From an uncultured Gammaproteobacteria bacterium (GTDB lineage Bacteria > Pseudomonadota > Gammaproteobacteria > JACCXJ01): a stretch of DNA of 64,000 nt. Location: the NCBI GenBank assembly GCA_963764725.1, contig CAVXTM010000013.1, positions 22,919-86,918 on the forward strand, written 5' to 3'. Each line of letters opens with the position of its first letter. The first letter of the stretch is position 1. A model generated the notes under the pieces. It was not told where the DNA came from. It ran no database searches and saw only the letters and a list, made by a program, of their open reading frames with translations. Both the position numbers and the translations under genes were made by a program. Of the stretch, positions 36,662 through 47,575 are shown piece after piece.

Positions 36662-38973
36662 CAGAACAATCCTCGCGGGGCCGGCGCATAACCGCTCTGT
36701 TCGTGCCAATCGCAGGGTGTCTGCCTGGAAGGAATAAACGGCGTGATGAAGGGATAGCGCCGGGATCCGGGGCAGGACGGAGTGGTGCGCGCCATCCCCA
36801 GGGTGTCCACCCACTGCCACTCCACGCCACGCGGTGCTGCCAGATCGAGCGGGGCCGGAGGGTGTTCCTTCATCAGCTCGTACCATACTCGCATGGCACC
36901 CGACGCGCCCGTCAATCCGATCGGCCGATTGTCATCGGCTCCCAGCCAAACCGCGGCCAGCACATCCGATCCGAAGCCGACGAACCAGCTATCTCTTAAG
37001 CCGTCGGTGGTGCCGGTCTTACCCGCGAGCGGCATAGCCTGCGGCAGCTTGGCGCCGAGTGAGGACGCGGTACCTGAACGCACGACTTGTGCGAGGGCGT
37101 AGTTGATTAAATACGCGGGCGCCGCCGGGAACACTTGCTTCACCGTCAATCCATAGCGTTGCAGAGGCTGCCCGTCCTTGGTAAGAACGTCGCGGATGGC
37201 GCGCAAGGCGCTGTAGAACCCGCCGCTCGAGAGAGTCTGATACATCTGCGCTACTTCGAGAGGCGACATTTCGATCGCGCCAAGAAAGGTGGACGGATAA
37301 GGCGGCACCTCCCCGCTCACGCCTAGTCGAGCCAAGGTCCGCCGGAGTTTGTCGATGCCGAGATCGATCCCCAAGCGCACCGTGGCAACGTTGTTGGACT
37401 CCGCTAAGGCCAGCATCAAAGGCATATGGCCCCGATAGCGCTTGTCGTAGTTTTGCGGGGTCCACGGGGCGCGGCTACGCTCGCGCAGCACAATGGGGCT
37501 GTCGTACAAAGGCGTGATCAGATTATAGCGGGAGGGTTGTGAGAGCGCGGCGAGATACACGGCCGGTTTCACCAAGGAACCCACCGGGCGCTTGGCGTCG
37601 AGCGCGCGGTTAAATCCCGCATAGTGCGGATCGCGGCCTCCGGCCAGCGCCAGCACTTCGCCCGTGTCGCTGGCTGCGGCGACCACCGCTCCCTGCAGAC
37701 GCCCCGCCGGCATTCGCTTTTGCTTCTCAAGGTCGCTAAGACTTGCGCGTAAGGCCTGCTCGGCTCGCCGTTGGATTTGAGGATCGAGGGTAGTGAAGAT
37801 CTGTAAGCCCTCGTTGCGCAGATCGTCCTCACCATAAATGGTGCCGAGCTGGCGGCGCACCAGATCGACAAACGCGGGATGATTGGACGTGGCCGATCGA
37901 TTTTTCTTACTCAGGGTAAGAGGCAGTTTCATCAATGCACCACCCACCTCGGGGGAAAGCACACCGCGATTGATCATGAGCGCCAGGACCTGATTCCTCC
38001 GCTCAAGCGCGCGTTTCGGGTGGCGCCGCGGATCGTAATAGGAAGCGCCGCGAACCAACCCAACGAGCAACGCCAGCTCATGCACTTCGAGCTCACGCAA
38101 CGGACGGCCGAAATAGAAACGCGCGCCGAGGCCGAAGCCGTGGATCGCCCTAAAACCGTCTTGACCGAGGAAGATTTCGTTGATATAGGCTTCGAGGATC
38201 TCAGCCTTGCTGTAATGCCATTCCAAGAGAACCGCCATTACCGCCTCGTTGATCTTGCGCCAGAGAGTACGCTCCGAGCTCAAAAACAGGTTTTTAACCA
38301 GTTGCTGCGTTAAGGTGCTACCCCCCTGCCGCACTTCACCCGCGCGCAAATTCTCGATGAAAGCACGTCCAATGGCGAGCGGGTCGATTCCGAAGTGATG
38401 CGGGTAGGCTTTGTCCTCGGCCGCGATCAAGCCCTGGACTAGCATAGACGGCACGTCGTCAATCTTGGCGAGAATACGATCTTCATTATGGTGAGGGTAA
38501 ATCCTCGCGATTTCCAAAGGCTCCAAGCGCATGAGCGCCACCTGCGTCCGGCTGCGTCTATCGATGATCGCCTGCACCCGTCCCCGGTGCAGCCGGATCT
38601 CTACCACACGCGAGGATTCCTCACCATCCCAAAACCGGTAGCCGTGCGAGAAAAGCCGCACGGCGTTTGACGTTTGTTGATATTGGCCCGGTCTCCGGAT
38701 GAGGGGCGCCTCTTGATAGCCCAAGGCCCCGAGCTCGCCGATGATTTCTGCTCTATCCAGGGGACGCCCCGGGTACAGTTCGAATGGACGCGCGTAGACG
38801 CGCGCCGGCAGCGACCAGCGGTGCCCATCGAATTGCACGCGGAGCCGGTGATCAACCCACGATACCCAGGCGCAAGATATCACCAGACAGACCAAACCGA
38901 GCCGGAACCAGCAAGCGCGCAGCCGCCGATACAGAGATCGCGACCCTTCTCCCTTGTGCTTGCGACGCGGCAC
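36661..38973 (-). CDS. mrcB: Penicillin-binding protein 1B
   Basis: UB2H region, QGGSTLTQQLVKN, GSLVKP, SNN, AGKTGTT. Confidence 0.95.
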   Translation of the reverse strand: MPRRKHKGEGSRSLYRRLRACWFRLGLVCLVISCAWVSWVDHRLRVQFDGHRWSLPARVYARPFELYPGRPLDRAEIIGELGALGYQEAPLIRRPGQYQQTSNAVRLFSHGYRFWDGEESSRVVEIRLHRGRVQAIIDRRSRTQVALMRLEPLEIARIYPHHNEDRILAKIDDVPSMLVQGLIAAEDKAYPHHFGIDPLAIGRAFIENLRAGEVRQGGSTLTQQLVKNLFLSSERTLWRKINEAVMAVLLEWHYSKAEILEAYINEIFLGQDGFRAIHGFGLGARFYFGRPLRELEVHELALLVGLVRGASYYDPRRHPKRALERRNQVLALMINRGVLSPEVGGALMKLPLTLSKKNRSATSNHPAFVDLVRRQLGTIYGEDDLRNEGLQIFTTLDPQIQRRAEQALRASLSDLEKQKRMPAGRLQGAVVAAASDTGEVLALAGGRDPHYAGFNRALDAKRPVGSLVKPAVYLAALSQPSRYNLITPLYDSPIVLRERSRAPWTPQNYDKRYRGHMPLMLALAESNNVATVRLGIDLGIDKLRRTLARLGVSGEVPPYPSTFLGAIEMSPLEVAQMYQTLSSGGFYSALRAIRDVLTKDGQPLQRYGLTVKQVFPAAPAYLINYALAQVVRSGTASSLGAKLPQAMPLAGKTGTTDGLRDSWFVGFGSDVLAAVWLGADDNRPIGLTGASGAMRVWYELMKEHPPAPLDLAAPRGVEWQWVDTLGMARTTPSCPGSRRYPFITPFIPSRQTPCDWHEQSGYAPAPRGLF

Positions 38974-39366
38974 GGAAGCAACTACCGATAGACTTGCGGT
39001 CCGCGGATCACGCGCCTAGTGAGATGTTAGAAGATCGGGGGCCGGGGTGAGTGTCGGTAAGAACCTTGCTCCAGAAGCATCCGCTTCGGAGTCGGAAAAT
39101 AAAGAGGCGCAGTTGTTCACGACGCCTCTAAACGTGATTACAGTTCGCGCTAACGCTCTAGCTACCTAATCGAAACCCGCGCGTTCGTAGCTGTTACACA
39201 TTTACGATTATCGAGCCTGCAGTGGCGTACCTCTCCCAAAATACGCCCTCTTATGCGGCGCTTACGCCCTGCATATCGGCCCAGCGCGATCTGCACGTCT
39301 AAAGCCCGCGCCGGCTAAAGCTGAATGCCGGCGCGTAGAGTCACGCCGATGCGCGCGGGTATTACG

Positions 39367-39504
39367 CTACTTCTTCTTCGCGGGCGCTTTCTTTGCCGGC
39401 GCTTTTTTGCTGGCCATGGGCTTCTTAGCCGCAGACGCCTTCGACGGAGCCGCCTTTTTCTTCATCACTGGTTTTTTAGCAAGTGCCTTCTTTGTTGCTG
39501 CCAT
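39367..39504 (-). CDS. 45-aa Lys/Ala-rich histone H1-like peptide
   Basis: MAATKKALAKKPVMKKKAAPSKASAAKKPMASKKAPAKKAPAKKK*, upstream GGGGA RBS. Confidence 0.7.
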   Translation of the reverse strand: MAATKKALAKKPVMKKKAAPSKASAAKKPMASKKAPAKKAPAKKK

Positions 39505-39693
39505 AAGTTCATCCCCATGTGATAGTTGACGAATAATCTTGATAACGAACTCAAGACTACGACGCTATATACATCACAATTTTGCACTATGCAATAGTTT
39601 TGTCATCATCGAATAAAAAGTATTCGTGGACTAAGTGCGGTCGCTATGCATAGATCCAGTAAACGTGCAAACTTTTTCTTGGCGGGATCGGTG

Positions 39694-40524
<831 letters not shown>

Positions 40525-40632
40525 CTAGCGGCCAAGGCGGAACCCCCGGCTCCGCCCACATGCCTTTGTAAGGATGCGCAAGCCTTCGCGAGGGCAACAA
40601 CGAAAGCCTTACTAGAAAGTTCAGGATACACC

Positions 40633-41326
40633 ATGAGGATAAGACATTTAGCGACGTTGGCCTGTATTTGTGTCGTGTCATCGAACGTGTCCGCCGAAGA
40701 AGCGGTAAAACTCGATACAGATCGCAAAAAGTTGAGTTACGCCATTGGAGTACAAGTGGCTCAGAGTCTCGCCCGTCAGGAAGTTCGACCTCGACCCGCG
40801 CGCGTTTTCGCTGGCGGTCGAGGATATGATTGCCGGCCGCGAACCGCGGATCCCGCGCGAGGAATTCCAGGCCCTGCTGGAAAAACAACGGGCCACCATG
40901 CTGAAAGCACAGCAAGAAAAATCCAATAAGAACTTGGAAGCGAGTAAGGCGTTTCTAACGGAGAATCGCAAGAAGGAAGGCGTCAAGGAGTTACCCAGCG
41001 GTTTGCAATACCGGGTCGTTAAGGACGGCTCCGGGGCCCAGCCCAAATCCACCGATACGGTATCGGTACACTACCGCGGTACGCTCCTCGACGGGCGTGA
41101 ATTCGATAGCTCCGCGCGCGCCGGCAAACCGGCGGTTTTCCAGGTGAACGGCGTGATCAAGGGATGGCAGGAGGCCTTGCCGTTGATGAAAACAGGCGCC
41201 AAATGGCAGTTGTTTGTTCCACCCGAGCTCGCCTATGGAGAGCGTGGCGCCGGCGGTGCGATTGGGCCGAACGAGACTTTGATCTTCGACATCGATTTGC
41301 TCGCCGTCAATCCTGCTAAAAAGTGA
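40633..41326 (+). pseudogene. FKBP-type PPIase (Mip/FklB-like) with frameshift near 40780
   Basis: Signal peptide + KKLSYAIG in one frame; FDLDPRAFS...VHYRGTLLDGREFDSS...VIKGWQEAL in another. Confidence 0.85.
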
Positions 41327-41343
41327 ATCGTTTTTTAAGCGCC

Positions 41344-42505
41344 TAGTGTAATGCTTCTGAATTGATGGAACTATATGCCTTCCGGTCGATCTGATCTGGA
41401 GATCGAACGAGGAGGCGAACATGCGAACAGCCGGTGTAATTGAGCTTACAGATGAACAACGGCAACAACTGCAACGATGGACCCGGTCGAGCACGGTCAG
41501 CGTGCGTCTGGCGCGGCGGGCACGGATAATCCTGTTGGCGGCCGAAGGTATGGACAACCACCAGATCGCAGGAGAGGTAAGCGTTGGGCGAATTCAAGTG
41601 GGTCGTTGGCGCAAGCGCTTTGCGCAAAGCGGGCTTGCAGGCATTGAAGCCGATTTGCCGCGTAGCGGCCGCAAGCGCCGCATCAACGCTGCCAAGGTCG
41701 TGCGCCTGACCACCCAGAGCACACCGCAAGGCGCCACCCACTGGAGCACGCGCACGCTGGCGGCAAGGGTCGGGATCAGCGACAGCAGCGTGCTGCGGAT
41801 CTGGCGCGCCAATGGGCTCAAGCCGCATTTGGTCGAGACCTTCAAGGTCTCGCGCGACCCGCAATTTGTCGAGAAGCTCGAAGACATCGTCGGACTGTAT
41901 TTGTCGCCGCCTGAACATGCGCTGGTGCTCTGCTGCGACGAGAAGAGTCAAGTGCAGGCCCTGGACCGTACCCAGCCTGGGTTGCCGTTGAAGAGGGGCC
42001 GCGCGGGTACGCTGACCCACGACTACAAACGTCATGGCACCACGACGCTGTTTGCCGCGCTGAACACGCTCGATGGCTCGGTCATCGCTCGCTGTAATAA
42101 TCGCCACCGTCACCAAGAATGGCTGACCTTCTTGCGCCAGATTGATCGGGAAACCCCAAAGGGCAAAGCCCTGCATCTGATTTGCGACAACTACGCCACG
42201 CATAAGCATCCCACGGTCCGGGCGTGGCTCGCGAAACATCCGCGTTTCCAGGTGCATTTCACCCCGACCTCGGCCTCTTGGCTCAATATGGTCGAACGGT
42301 TTTTCCGCGACATCACGACCGAACGCCTGCGCCGCGGTGTATTCCGCAGCCTCCCCGAACTTATCAGCGCCATCCAGGACTATATCGCCGTGCATAACCA
42401 TGACCCCAAGCCCTTCGTCTGGACCGCCAAGGCCAACGACATTCTGCAAAAGGTCATTCGTGCCAATCACCGCTTAAGTTCCAAGAAAAACGAAGCACTA
42501 CACTA
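41344..42505 (+). mobile_element. IS630-family insertion sequence, apparently intact
   Basis: TIR TAGTGTAATGCTTC/GAAGCACTACACTA in CTAG context. Confidence 0.92.
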
Positions 42506-42506
42506 G
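41421..42506 (+). CDS. IS630 transposase
   Basis: HTH, CCDEKSQ, HDYKRHGT, ICDNYATHK, SWLNMVERFF. Confidence 0.95.
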   Translation: MRTAGVIELTDEQRQQLQRWTRSSTVSVRLARRARIILLAAEGMDNHQIAGEVSVGRIQVGRWRKRFAQSGLAGIEADLPRSGRKRRINAAKVVRLTTQSTPQGATHWSTRTLAARVGISDSSVLRIWRANGLKPHLVETFKVSRDPQFVEKLEDIVGLYLSPPEHALVLCCDEKSQVQALDRTQPGLPLKRGRAGTLTHDYKRHGTTTLFAALNTLDGSVIARCNNRHRHQEWLTFLRQIDRETPKGKALHLICDNYATHKHPTVRAWLAKHPRFQVHFTPTSASWLNMVERFFRDITTERLRRGVFRSLPELISAIQDYIAVHNHDPKPFVWTAKANDILQKVIRANHRLSSKKNEALH

Positions 42507-42552
42507 CGGTCTGGCCTACGGCGTCAACGCGGGAAGCCTCGGGACCTTATTG

Positions 42553-42692
42553 CTACTGTGTCACAAGTTGATCAAGTGATGCCGTGCAAGGCGGAATCGG
42601 GCGAGAAGGCGGAGTTTACACGACAGTAAATGAGCATTTCGAGCCCGACTCTAACGACCCACGGCGCCCTTCGGCGACTTGTGAAACAGTAG
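42553..42692. repeat. Palindromic MITE-like element, copy 2
   Basis: CTACTGTGTCACAAG...CTTGTGAAACAGTAG; shares agtttacacg.cagtaaatgagcatttcgagcc with copy 1. Confidence 0.85.
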
Positions 42693-42738
42693 GATTATCC
42701 TGCTCCTCCAACCGCGGCAAGGGTTGAGGAGCGCTTAC

Positions 42739-45570
42739 ATGTTAAACGCGCGTCCATCAGAGGGTAACCCAGCCGCGCGCCTGCTCAGGCTCGTTGAAGA
42801 GCTTGCCGCAGAGATCCACGCCCATCCCTCCGGCCGGCGTACCTTCACGCTCGACAGCGTGCTCGATCGTGATGTCGGCCTCGATAGTTTGGCGCGCGTG
42901 GAGCTATTCGCGCGTATGGAACGGGAATTCGGCGTCGCGTTTTCAGAGCGCCTGTTTAGCGAGGTCCAGACGATTCACGATCTGCTGTTGGCGTTGTCCG
43001 ATAAACCGCCGGCCAGGGAGTCAACTGCGGATCTCCGAGCACCTCTGGAGGCGCCCTCCCCCTCGCACGCCGCGCCGCACGGCGCCCGAACGCTTACCGA
43101 GGCGCTCGCATGGCATGCGGTCATCCATCCCGATCGCAAGCACATCACGCTCCTCGGGCAAACCGGCGATGAAGAGATCCTCACCTACGGTGATCTCTAC
43201 GCGGAAGCCAAGGCGATCGGCGGGAGCCTGCAACGGCGAGGGTTGCAACCGCGCGAGGCCGTGGTCCTCATGCTCCCTACGGGTCGCGACTATTTTCGCT
43301 GCTTCATGGGCGTGCTGCTCGCCGGCGGGATCCCGGTGCCCGTCTACCCCCCTACCCGTCAGAGTCAGCTCGATGATCACGTGCGGCGCTATCGTGCGAT
43401 TCTGGGCAATTGCCAAGCCGCCGCACTGATCACGGTTCCCGAAGGACGCGCACTCGCGCTGTTGTTTATGGCGCAAACCGACACCCTGCGCTTCGTCGCG
43501 ACCGCCGGTGAGTTTTACCTGGCCGCGGACGACATCGATGTCCCCGCCATTCATGCCGACGACACGGCGTTTCTTCAGTACACCTCGGGCAGCACGGGGG
43601 TTCCAAAAGGCGTGTTGCTTACCCATGGGAATCTTCTTGCGAATATACGGGCCGCGGGCGCGGCCCTGCGGGCACAACCGACTGACGTCTTCGTCAGTTG
43701 GTTACCGCTCTATCATGATATGGGGCTCATCGGTGCGTGGTTCGGCACCTTGTACCATGCGACGCCCCTCGTCATCATGTCACCCTTGAGCTTTCTCGCG
43801 CGCCCCCAGCGCTGGCTTTGGGCCGTTCATCACTACCGGGGAACGCTCTCGGCGGCGCCGAACTTCGCCTATGATCTGTGCGCCCGCCGTATCAATGATG
43901 CAGACCTCGAGGGCTTGGATCTGGGCTCCTGGCGTGCGGCCTTGAATGGAGCGGAACCGGTCAACGCAGCCACCCTGCGACGCTTCAACGCACGTTTCAG
44001 CCGTTACGGATTTCGCCCTGAAACCATGGCGCCGGTCTACGGTCTTGCCGAGGCCTCGCTCGCGCTCACGATGCCGCCGCTCGATCGCGGCCCGCTCATC
44101 GATCGAATTGATCGCAAAGCCTTCGCGGAGCGCGGGATCGCTATCCCGGCCGCGGAGACCGATTCCTCCGCGATTGAGTTCGTTGCCTGCGGCCAGCCGA
44201 TCTCCGGGCACGAAGTCCGGATTGTCGATGAGGGCGGTCGCGAGCTGCCCGATCGCCATCAAGGTCATCTGCAGTTTCGCGGTCCCTCGGCGACCCGAGG
44301 TTATTATCGAAACCCCGATGCCACCCGCGATCTCATCAAGGGCGAGTGGCTCGATCCCGGCGATCTTGCCTACATCGCTCAGGGCGACATCTACATTACG
44401 GGCCGCACTAAGGACCTGGTGATCCGCGCGGGACGAAATATCCATCCACATGAATTGGAAGATGCCATCGGGCATATCCACGGCGTGCGTAAGCATCGGA
44501 TCGCGGTCTTCGGTAGCCCGGATCCGCAAACCGGCACCGAACGGCTGATTGTGGTAGCCGAATCACGCGAATCACGCCTCGATAAACGCGAGCAGATCCT
44601 GGCCCGAATCAACGAAATCGTCACCGATCTCGCCGGCGGTCCACCTGACACTGTGATATTAGCGCCACCCGGCACCGTACTCAGAACCTCAAGCGGCAAG
44701 ATCCGCCGCAGCGCCAGCCGCGATCTTTATGAACGCGGGCAGATCGGTCAGCGTTCACCACCCTTTTGGCGGCAACTTGGACGCCTTGTCTCAGCCAGCG
44801 TTGCGCCGCTCATCAGACGGGTTGGTAGGGCGCTGCGCGCGCATGCCTACGGGGTCTATGCATGGACCGTGATCGGACTCATGACACCCCTGGTGTGGAC
44901 GGCCGTCGTGCTGCTGCCACGCCTCGAATGGCGCTGGAGAGCCGCAAGCGGCGCGGCGCGCTTCCTCGCCGGTTCCGTCCGCATTCCCTGTGCCCTCAAA
45001 GGGTTGGAAAACTTACCGCCCGTGGACCAGCCGACAGTCTTCATCGCGAATCACGCAAGCTATCTAGACTCGTACTTTCTGGTGGGTTATCTGCCGCGCA
45101 TCCCGAGGTTCGTCGCGAAGGCCGAGTTAGCGCGAAAATTTACAGCGCGGGTATTTCTATCGCGGCTCGCGACCGAGTTCGTGGAACGCTTTGATAAAGA
45201 AAAGGGCTTGGCCGACGCACGAAGGATCGCCGGCGCCTTGCGCAGTGGCCGCTCGCTGCTGTTCTTCCCAGAGGGGACCTTCAGCCGCGTTCCGGGACTG
45301 CTCCCATTCCACATGGGCGCCTTCATCGCGGCCGCCGAGACGGCGACGCCGGTCGTCCCAATAGCCATTCAGGGTACGCGCAGCATCCTGCGAGCAGGGA
45401 ACTGGGCGCCTTTCCGCGGCAAGGTCACGATCACGATCGGACCCGCGATCGATACTTCCAGGCTGGCGGCGGCCAACCGACACGACCTATGGAAGACCGC
45501 ACTCGAACTGCGCGCCGCCGCGCGTGACTTTATCCAGGCTCATTGCCATGAACCCGATCAGAGGTTCTGA
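42739..45570 (+). CDS. ACP-fatty acyl-AMP ligase-PlsC acyltransferase fusion
   Basis: GLDSL carrier site, FLQYTSGSTGVPKG, SWLPLYHDMGLIG, NHASYLD, FFPEGT. Confidence 0.9.
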   Translation: MLNARPSEGNPAARLLRLVEELAAEIHAHPSGRRTFTLDSVLDRDVGLDSLARVELFARMEREFGVAFSERLFSEVQTIHDLLLALSDKPPARESTADLRAPLEAPSPSHAAPHGARTLTEALAWHAVIHPDRKHITLLGQTGDEEILTYGDLYAEAKAIGGSLQRRGLQPREAVVLMLPTGRDYFRCFMGVLLAGGIPVPVYPPTRQSQLDDHVRRYRAILGNCQAAALITVPEGRALALLFMAQTDTLRFVATAGEFYLAADDIDVPAIHADDTAFLQYTSGSTGVPKGVLLTHGNLLANIRAAGAALRAQPTDVFVSWLPLYHDMGLIGAWFGTLYHATPLVIMSPLSFLARPQRWLWAVHHYRGTLSAAPNFAYDLCARRINDADLEGLDLGSWRAALNGAEPVNAATLRRFNARFSRYGFRPETMAPVYGLAEASLALTMPPLDRGPLIDRIDRKAFAERGIAIPAAETDSSAIEFVACGQPISGHEVRIVDEGGRELPDRHQGHLQFRGPSATRGYYRNPDATRDLIKGEWLDPGDLAYIAQGDIYITGRTKDLVIRAGRNIHPHELEDAIGHIHGVRKHRIAVFGSPDPQTGTERLIVVAESRESRLDKREQILARINEIVTDLAGGPPDTVILAPPGTVLRTSSGKIRRSASRDLYERGQIGQRSPPFWRQLGRLVSASVAPLIRRVGRALRAHAYGVYAWTVIGLMTPLVWTAVVLLPRLEWRWRAASGAARFLAGSVRIPCALKGLENLPPVDQPTVFIANHASYLDSYFLVGYLPRIPRFVAKAELARKFTARVFLSRLATEFVERFDKEKGLADARRIAGALRSGRSLLFFPEGTFSRVPGLLPFHMGAFIAAAETATPVVPIAIQGTRSILRAGNWAPFRGKVTITIGPAIDTSRLAAANRHDLWKTALELRAAARDFIQAHCHEPDQRF

Positions 45571-45574
45571 GTAG

Positions 45575-45682
45575 ATATACTTCGCGGGCGGGGTGCGAAC
45601 CCCGCTCTTGACCAAAGGGGAGAGCTGCGCGTCTCCCCTTTGGAAACCCCATCGCTAAGCTACCCGCGGCAAGACCGGGGGT
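45575..45682 (+). repeat. ~110 bp structured intergenic repeat, copy 2
   Basis: gcggggtgcgaaccccgc, ccaaagggg...cccctttgg, cccgcggcaagacc hairpins. Confidence 0.85.
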
Positions 45683-45730
45683 GTGCGTTTAACAAAATCT
45701 GCTGCGCGTCCCGATCTCGGCGCGCCTGGT

Positions 45731-45886
45731 TCAGACGACCGTTTTCTCATTGTCCGGCGGCTGCGGCGGACGCTCTTGGGACGGGTCTTGACTTGCTCCA
45801 GTCTTCCGTTGCCGCTTCTCTTCTTTTTTCTGTTTCTTGGCTATATCTCTCTGACGCTTCGCGAACGCATAGTTGGGTTTGGGCAT
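45731..45886 (-). CDS. 51-aa basic hypothetical protein
   Basis: MPKPNYAFAKRQRDIAKKQKKEEKRQRK...; RBS-like AAGAG upstream. Confidence 0.65.
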   Translation of the reverse strand: MPKPNYAFAKRQRDIAKKQKKEEKRQRKTGASQDPSQERPPQPPDNEKTVV

Positions 45887-46099
45887 TTGTGATCTCTTAG
45901 GAATAATGGGGTCGTAGTGGTTTATTTCCGTGCAGCGACAGGCTTGGGCGGGTGCCCGCGCTACCGCTTGGCAGATAAAGCCATTCTTTCACGTCATCAG
46001 TAATAATAATAGCCACCTAGCCGAACATGCGCTACCAACTGACGTCAACCGGGAGACCGCATCCGCCACGCATCGGTAACGCAGGAGCCCCGATTTCGG

Positions 46100-47038
46100 T
46101 CAGCAGACGATGCACTCCGTCTCCGACGCCCGCGCCTCAATAGGGGTCGATTTCACGACCAAGACATCGCAGCTCAGATCATCAAGCACCCGCTCCGCGG
46201 TGTTACCGATAAACAGCAACTCCAAGGTTCCTTTGGACACGGCGCCCATCACCACCAAGCTCGCTTTCAGCGCGCGCGCGAATTCGGGCAGGGTGTCGGC
46301 GGGCCTGCCGACGGCATAATGCACCCGCTGGTACCCGATCCCGAAGCGTCTGATCAGATCTTCTACCAAATTTCGATGTTCCTCCGCGACCGTTCTGCCG
46401 TAGTCGACGTAGCTGGAATCGGGATGCAGAACGCGGAACGCCGCCTCCGTCAAGATCTCAATGGAATGGAAGATATGCAGCTCGCCGCGCAGCCGGTAAG
46501 CGAGCATTTGCGCGTTTTCGATGATGACGTCATCTAAGGTTTCGGCCTGGCTGTGAACATGTGCGGGATCGACGCATGCGATGATCCGCCGAGTCTCCCA
46601 ATGATCTGGGCCTTTCACCAGCATTAACGGCGAGGGACAGGTGCGAATGAGGTGCCAATCCGAATAGTTAAATAAGGTACGCTTCAGAGCACTGTCATGA
46701 CGCGCCGTCTTGACCACAATATCCGGCCGGGTTTCACACACCCTGTGCATGATGGCTTCGACCGGATGCCGGCACCAGAGAACATCAGCGGCAACGGTTA
46801 GTTGCTCCTGCCGGACAAGAGCTTCCGCGATCGCCTGCATTCGCGCTTGCGTCGCTTGCAAATCAGCCCCTGAGGACGCCCCGACGGAGTGAGGCAGGAA
46901 GGATGCGTGATCGCTCACGAAAAGATCGAGCGTGGCATTCATCTCGCGCGCAAAGAACACGGCGCGCGCCAGCGCCGGCTCGGGCTGAGAATCCAATTCA
47001 CCGGGATTCATGAGTACCAACATCCGGTATCGCTTCAT
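46100..47038 (-). CDS. Tandem-domain universal stress protein (UspE-like)
   Basis: DWHLIRTCPSPLMLVK, VVMGAV...FIGNTAERVLDDLSCDVLVVK. Confidence 0.9.
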   Translation of the reverse strand: MKRYRMLVLMNPGELDSQPEPALARAVFFAREMNATLDLFVSDHASFLPHSVGASSGADLQATQARMQAIAEALVRQEQLTVAADVLWCRHPVEAIMHRVCETRPDIVVKTARHDSALKRTLFNYSDWHLIRTCPSPLMLVKGPDHWETRRIIACVDPAHVHSQAETLDDVIIENAQMLAYRLRGELHIFHSIEILTEAAFRVLHPDSSYVDYGRTVAEEHRNLVEDLIRRFGIGYQRVHYAVGRPADTLPEFARALKASLVVMGAVSKGTLELLFIGNTAERVLDDLSCDVLVVKSTPIEARASETECIVC

Positions 47039-47268
47039 GATGCGCCGCCTGCCGCGGTTAACGCCCTCTTAACGTTATCCTAACCTTCCTCCTATGGGAA
47101 TACCAAACAATTACGAACCAGCGCACAAGTCCGGACTCGGCGCATACGGACGCAATAGCACGCCAATGCCCCCACAAGGCCATCTCAGCAGACGGCTGAT
47201 ATTTCTGATAGAATACGCTGGCGGGCATTCCCCGCCGGAAATTTATTGACTGAAAAGGAGTATTCGCT

Positions 47269-47556
47269 ATGAAAACGAGATTCATCTTGTCCCTCGCCGC
47301 CGCTCTATTGAGCCTAGGACTCACACAGCCGGCGCGGTCGATTACGCCGGATAGCGTCGTGATCGTGCAATGCGTTGTCACCGGCCCGTCGATCGTAACA
47401 ACAGCGGGCAGCGAGAGCCGCAACGTCCGCAAAGTGCGCACCCGTCAGAAGTGCGCCGAGGAACTGGAACTCTTTTTTATCGACGGCTTTACGATCAAAA
47501 CTATCCTAGGCGGGCCTACCATAACTTATACGCTGATCCCGCTGACCGTTCCGTAA
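47269..47556 (+). CDS. Small secreted hypothetical protein
   Basis: AAGGAG RBS, signal peptide, two Cys. Confidence 0.7.
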   Translation: MKTRFILSLAAALLSLGLTQPARSITPDSVVIVQCVVTGPSIVTTAGSESRNVRKVRTRQKCAEELELFFIDGFTIKTILGGPTITYTLIPLTVP

Positions 47557-47575
47557 CGGCACCCGTGAACCCGCG

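Noticed and set aside
41343-42470. 375-aa antisense ORF over IS630, and similar long shadow ORFs over ISL3, lysS and typA
   Set aside because: Opposite-strand artefacts of GC-rich coding sequence with no recognisable motifs
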